Virus record (IMG/VR): IMGVR_UViG_3300015262_000011
DNA from: an uncultured virus (IMG/VR IMGVR_UViG_3300015262_000011)
Lineage: Duplodnaviria; Heunggongvirae; Uroviricota; Caudoviricetes
Strand: one strand, 5' to 3'
DNA: 64,000 nt
Shown: positions 63,173 to 64,000 of the stretch, piece by piece
Position numbering within the stretch: position 1 is the first letter of the stretch
How the letters are laid out: each line of letters opens with the position of its first letter
The notes under the pieces: model-generated
What the model was told of the DNA's origin: nothing
What the model saw: the letters and a program-made list of their open reading frames with translations, nothing else
The model's database searches: none
Translations under genes and position numbers: made by a program

Positions 63173-63366
63173 GCGCCCGCTGCTCGGCCACCAGGCCGAA
63201 CGGCTACCTTTGCATCAACCCGGTGCAGCCCGGCCGGACGGTTTGCGTGGCGCACGATCCCTCCCGTCAGTGCGGTGCCCCGACTGTGGACGGGAGCGCC
63301 TGCAAGCGAATGAAGATGAAGGGCCACCGCCGGTGCTCGAAGCACCTTCCGCCTGGCGCCGCCTGA
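63169..63366 (+). CDS. Small Cys/His Zn-binding protein
   Basis: Two C.A....G..C......C..H repeats; ATGA overlap. Confidence 0.6.
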   Translation: MSARCSATRPNGYLCINPVQPGRTVCVAHDPSRQCGAPTVDGSACKRMKMKGHRRCSKHLPPGAA

Positions 63367-63521
63367 CTCGCACCCCCATAGCGCCCCGCTGCTGCGGCAG
63401 TTGGGGCGCTCCCGCCTCTCCTGCCTCGCCTGTCGTGCACGAGCGCCATGCGCCCTTGCTGGAGCCTGCCCTTCCGTGGACACTCCGGGTCTCAACTTCG
63501 CGTGTCCTCGGGGGTGTTGGT

Positions 63522-63842
63522 GTGACCTGTCCTGGTTGTGGTGGCGGGAATGTTCAGGATTTGCCGTTGTTCTGGCGGCAGCAGCATGAGGGTTCGTCGC
63601 CGTGGTTGCAGTACGGGCCGCCGTCGGTGCCGGAGTCGCGGATCTTGCTGGTGCTGGGGGTGGTCGCGGTGGGGATCGCCCTGATGGCGACGGGCTCGGT
63701 GCTGTTCGGTCTGTTGGCGGCGGTGGCTGGCTTGCTGTGGGGCGCCTTCGACCGGAAGACGGTGGCGGAGGCGCAGCAGCGGTTGGGCGACTGGAATGCG
63801 TCGAAGATTTGCCTGGCGTGCCCGCGGGTGTTCCTGCTGTAG
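63522..63842 (+). CDS. Membrane protein with split Zn ribbon
   Basis: CPGCG...two TM helices...CLAC..VF. Confidence 0.65.
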   Translation: MTCPGCGGGNVQDLPLFWRQQHEGSSPWLQYGPPSVPESRILLVLGVVAVGIALMATGSVLFGLLAAVAGLLWGAFDRKTVAEAQQRLGDWNASKICLACPRVFLL

Positions 63843-64000
63843 CCGGGCACGCCAGAAGGCCCGTACCGTACTCCGTAGCACCGACATTCGGAGGTTTCCG
63901 TGGATAAGCCCCTCATCCCCGCGCCCGTGCTTTCGCCGGAGGAGCGTTCTTCGTTGACGGCGTGGAGGCCGGGCTCGCCGCTGTTGTCGCGGGTGGTGCG

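Larger units (their letters stand above)
1..64000. mobile_element. Temperate siphovirus prophage or phage-plasmid of a Streptomyces-like host, carrying a TraB-type conjugation module; ends not visible in the window
   Basis: Complete packaging, head, tail and lysis gene set, plus replication initiator, tyrosine recombinase and many small phage-type ORFs; no host housekeeping genes recognised. Confidence 0.93.

Noticed and set aside
1..64000. attL/attR, IS elements, reverse transcriptase or DGR, and DNA modification clusters
   Set aside because: No supporting motifs or long direct repeats recognised by eye; the element boundaries appear to lie outside the window

Overview
This high-GC window of Streptomyces-like (actinobacterial) sequence is almost entirely one temperate siphovirus or phage-plasmid; no host housekeeping gene or att boundary is recognisable. 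A minus-strand late region (~43.6 kb down to ~7.5 kb) runs from accessory genes (a Tad2/DUF2829 sponge, a beta-helix depolymerase-like protein) through two HNH nucleases, terminases, portal, scaffold, a phage-encoded Prp-family cysteine protease, major capsid, head-tail and tail genes with a -1 frameshifted chaperone, tape measure, minor tail proteins and a lysis cassette. The flanks hold a Cre-like tyrosine recombinase, a stand-alone DUF262 gene, a phage-type replication initiator and several small self-regulated cassettes. Between ~49.7 and 59.9 kb lies an AICE/plasmid-type conjugation module: a TraB/FtsK translocase with an adjacent clt-like repeat array, Spd-like membrane proteins, an excisionase-like HTH and a divergent UTRA-only plus GntR-UTRA regulator pair. 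Most notable observations: (1) phage morphogenesis and hyphal-conjugation modules in one element; (2) a phage Prp protease between scaffold and capsid, both carrying an N-terminal WFxxxRH motif; (3) three ~58-nt tRNA-like intergenic elements ending in ACCA, two showing compensatory stem changes. All family assignments come from motif recognition by eye, not database searches.
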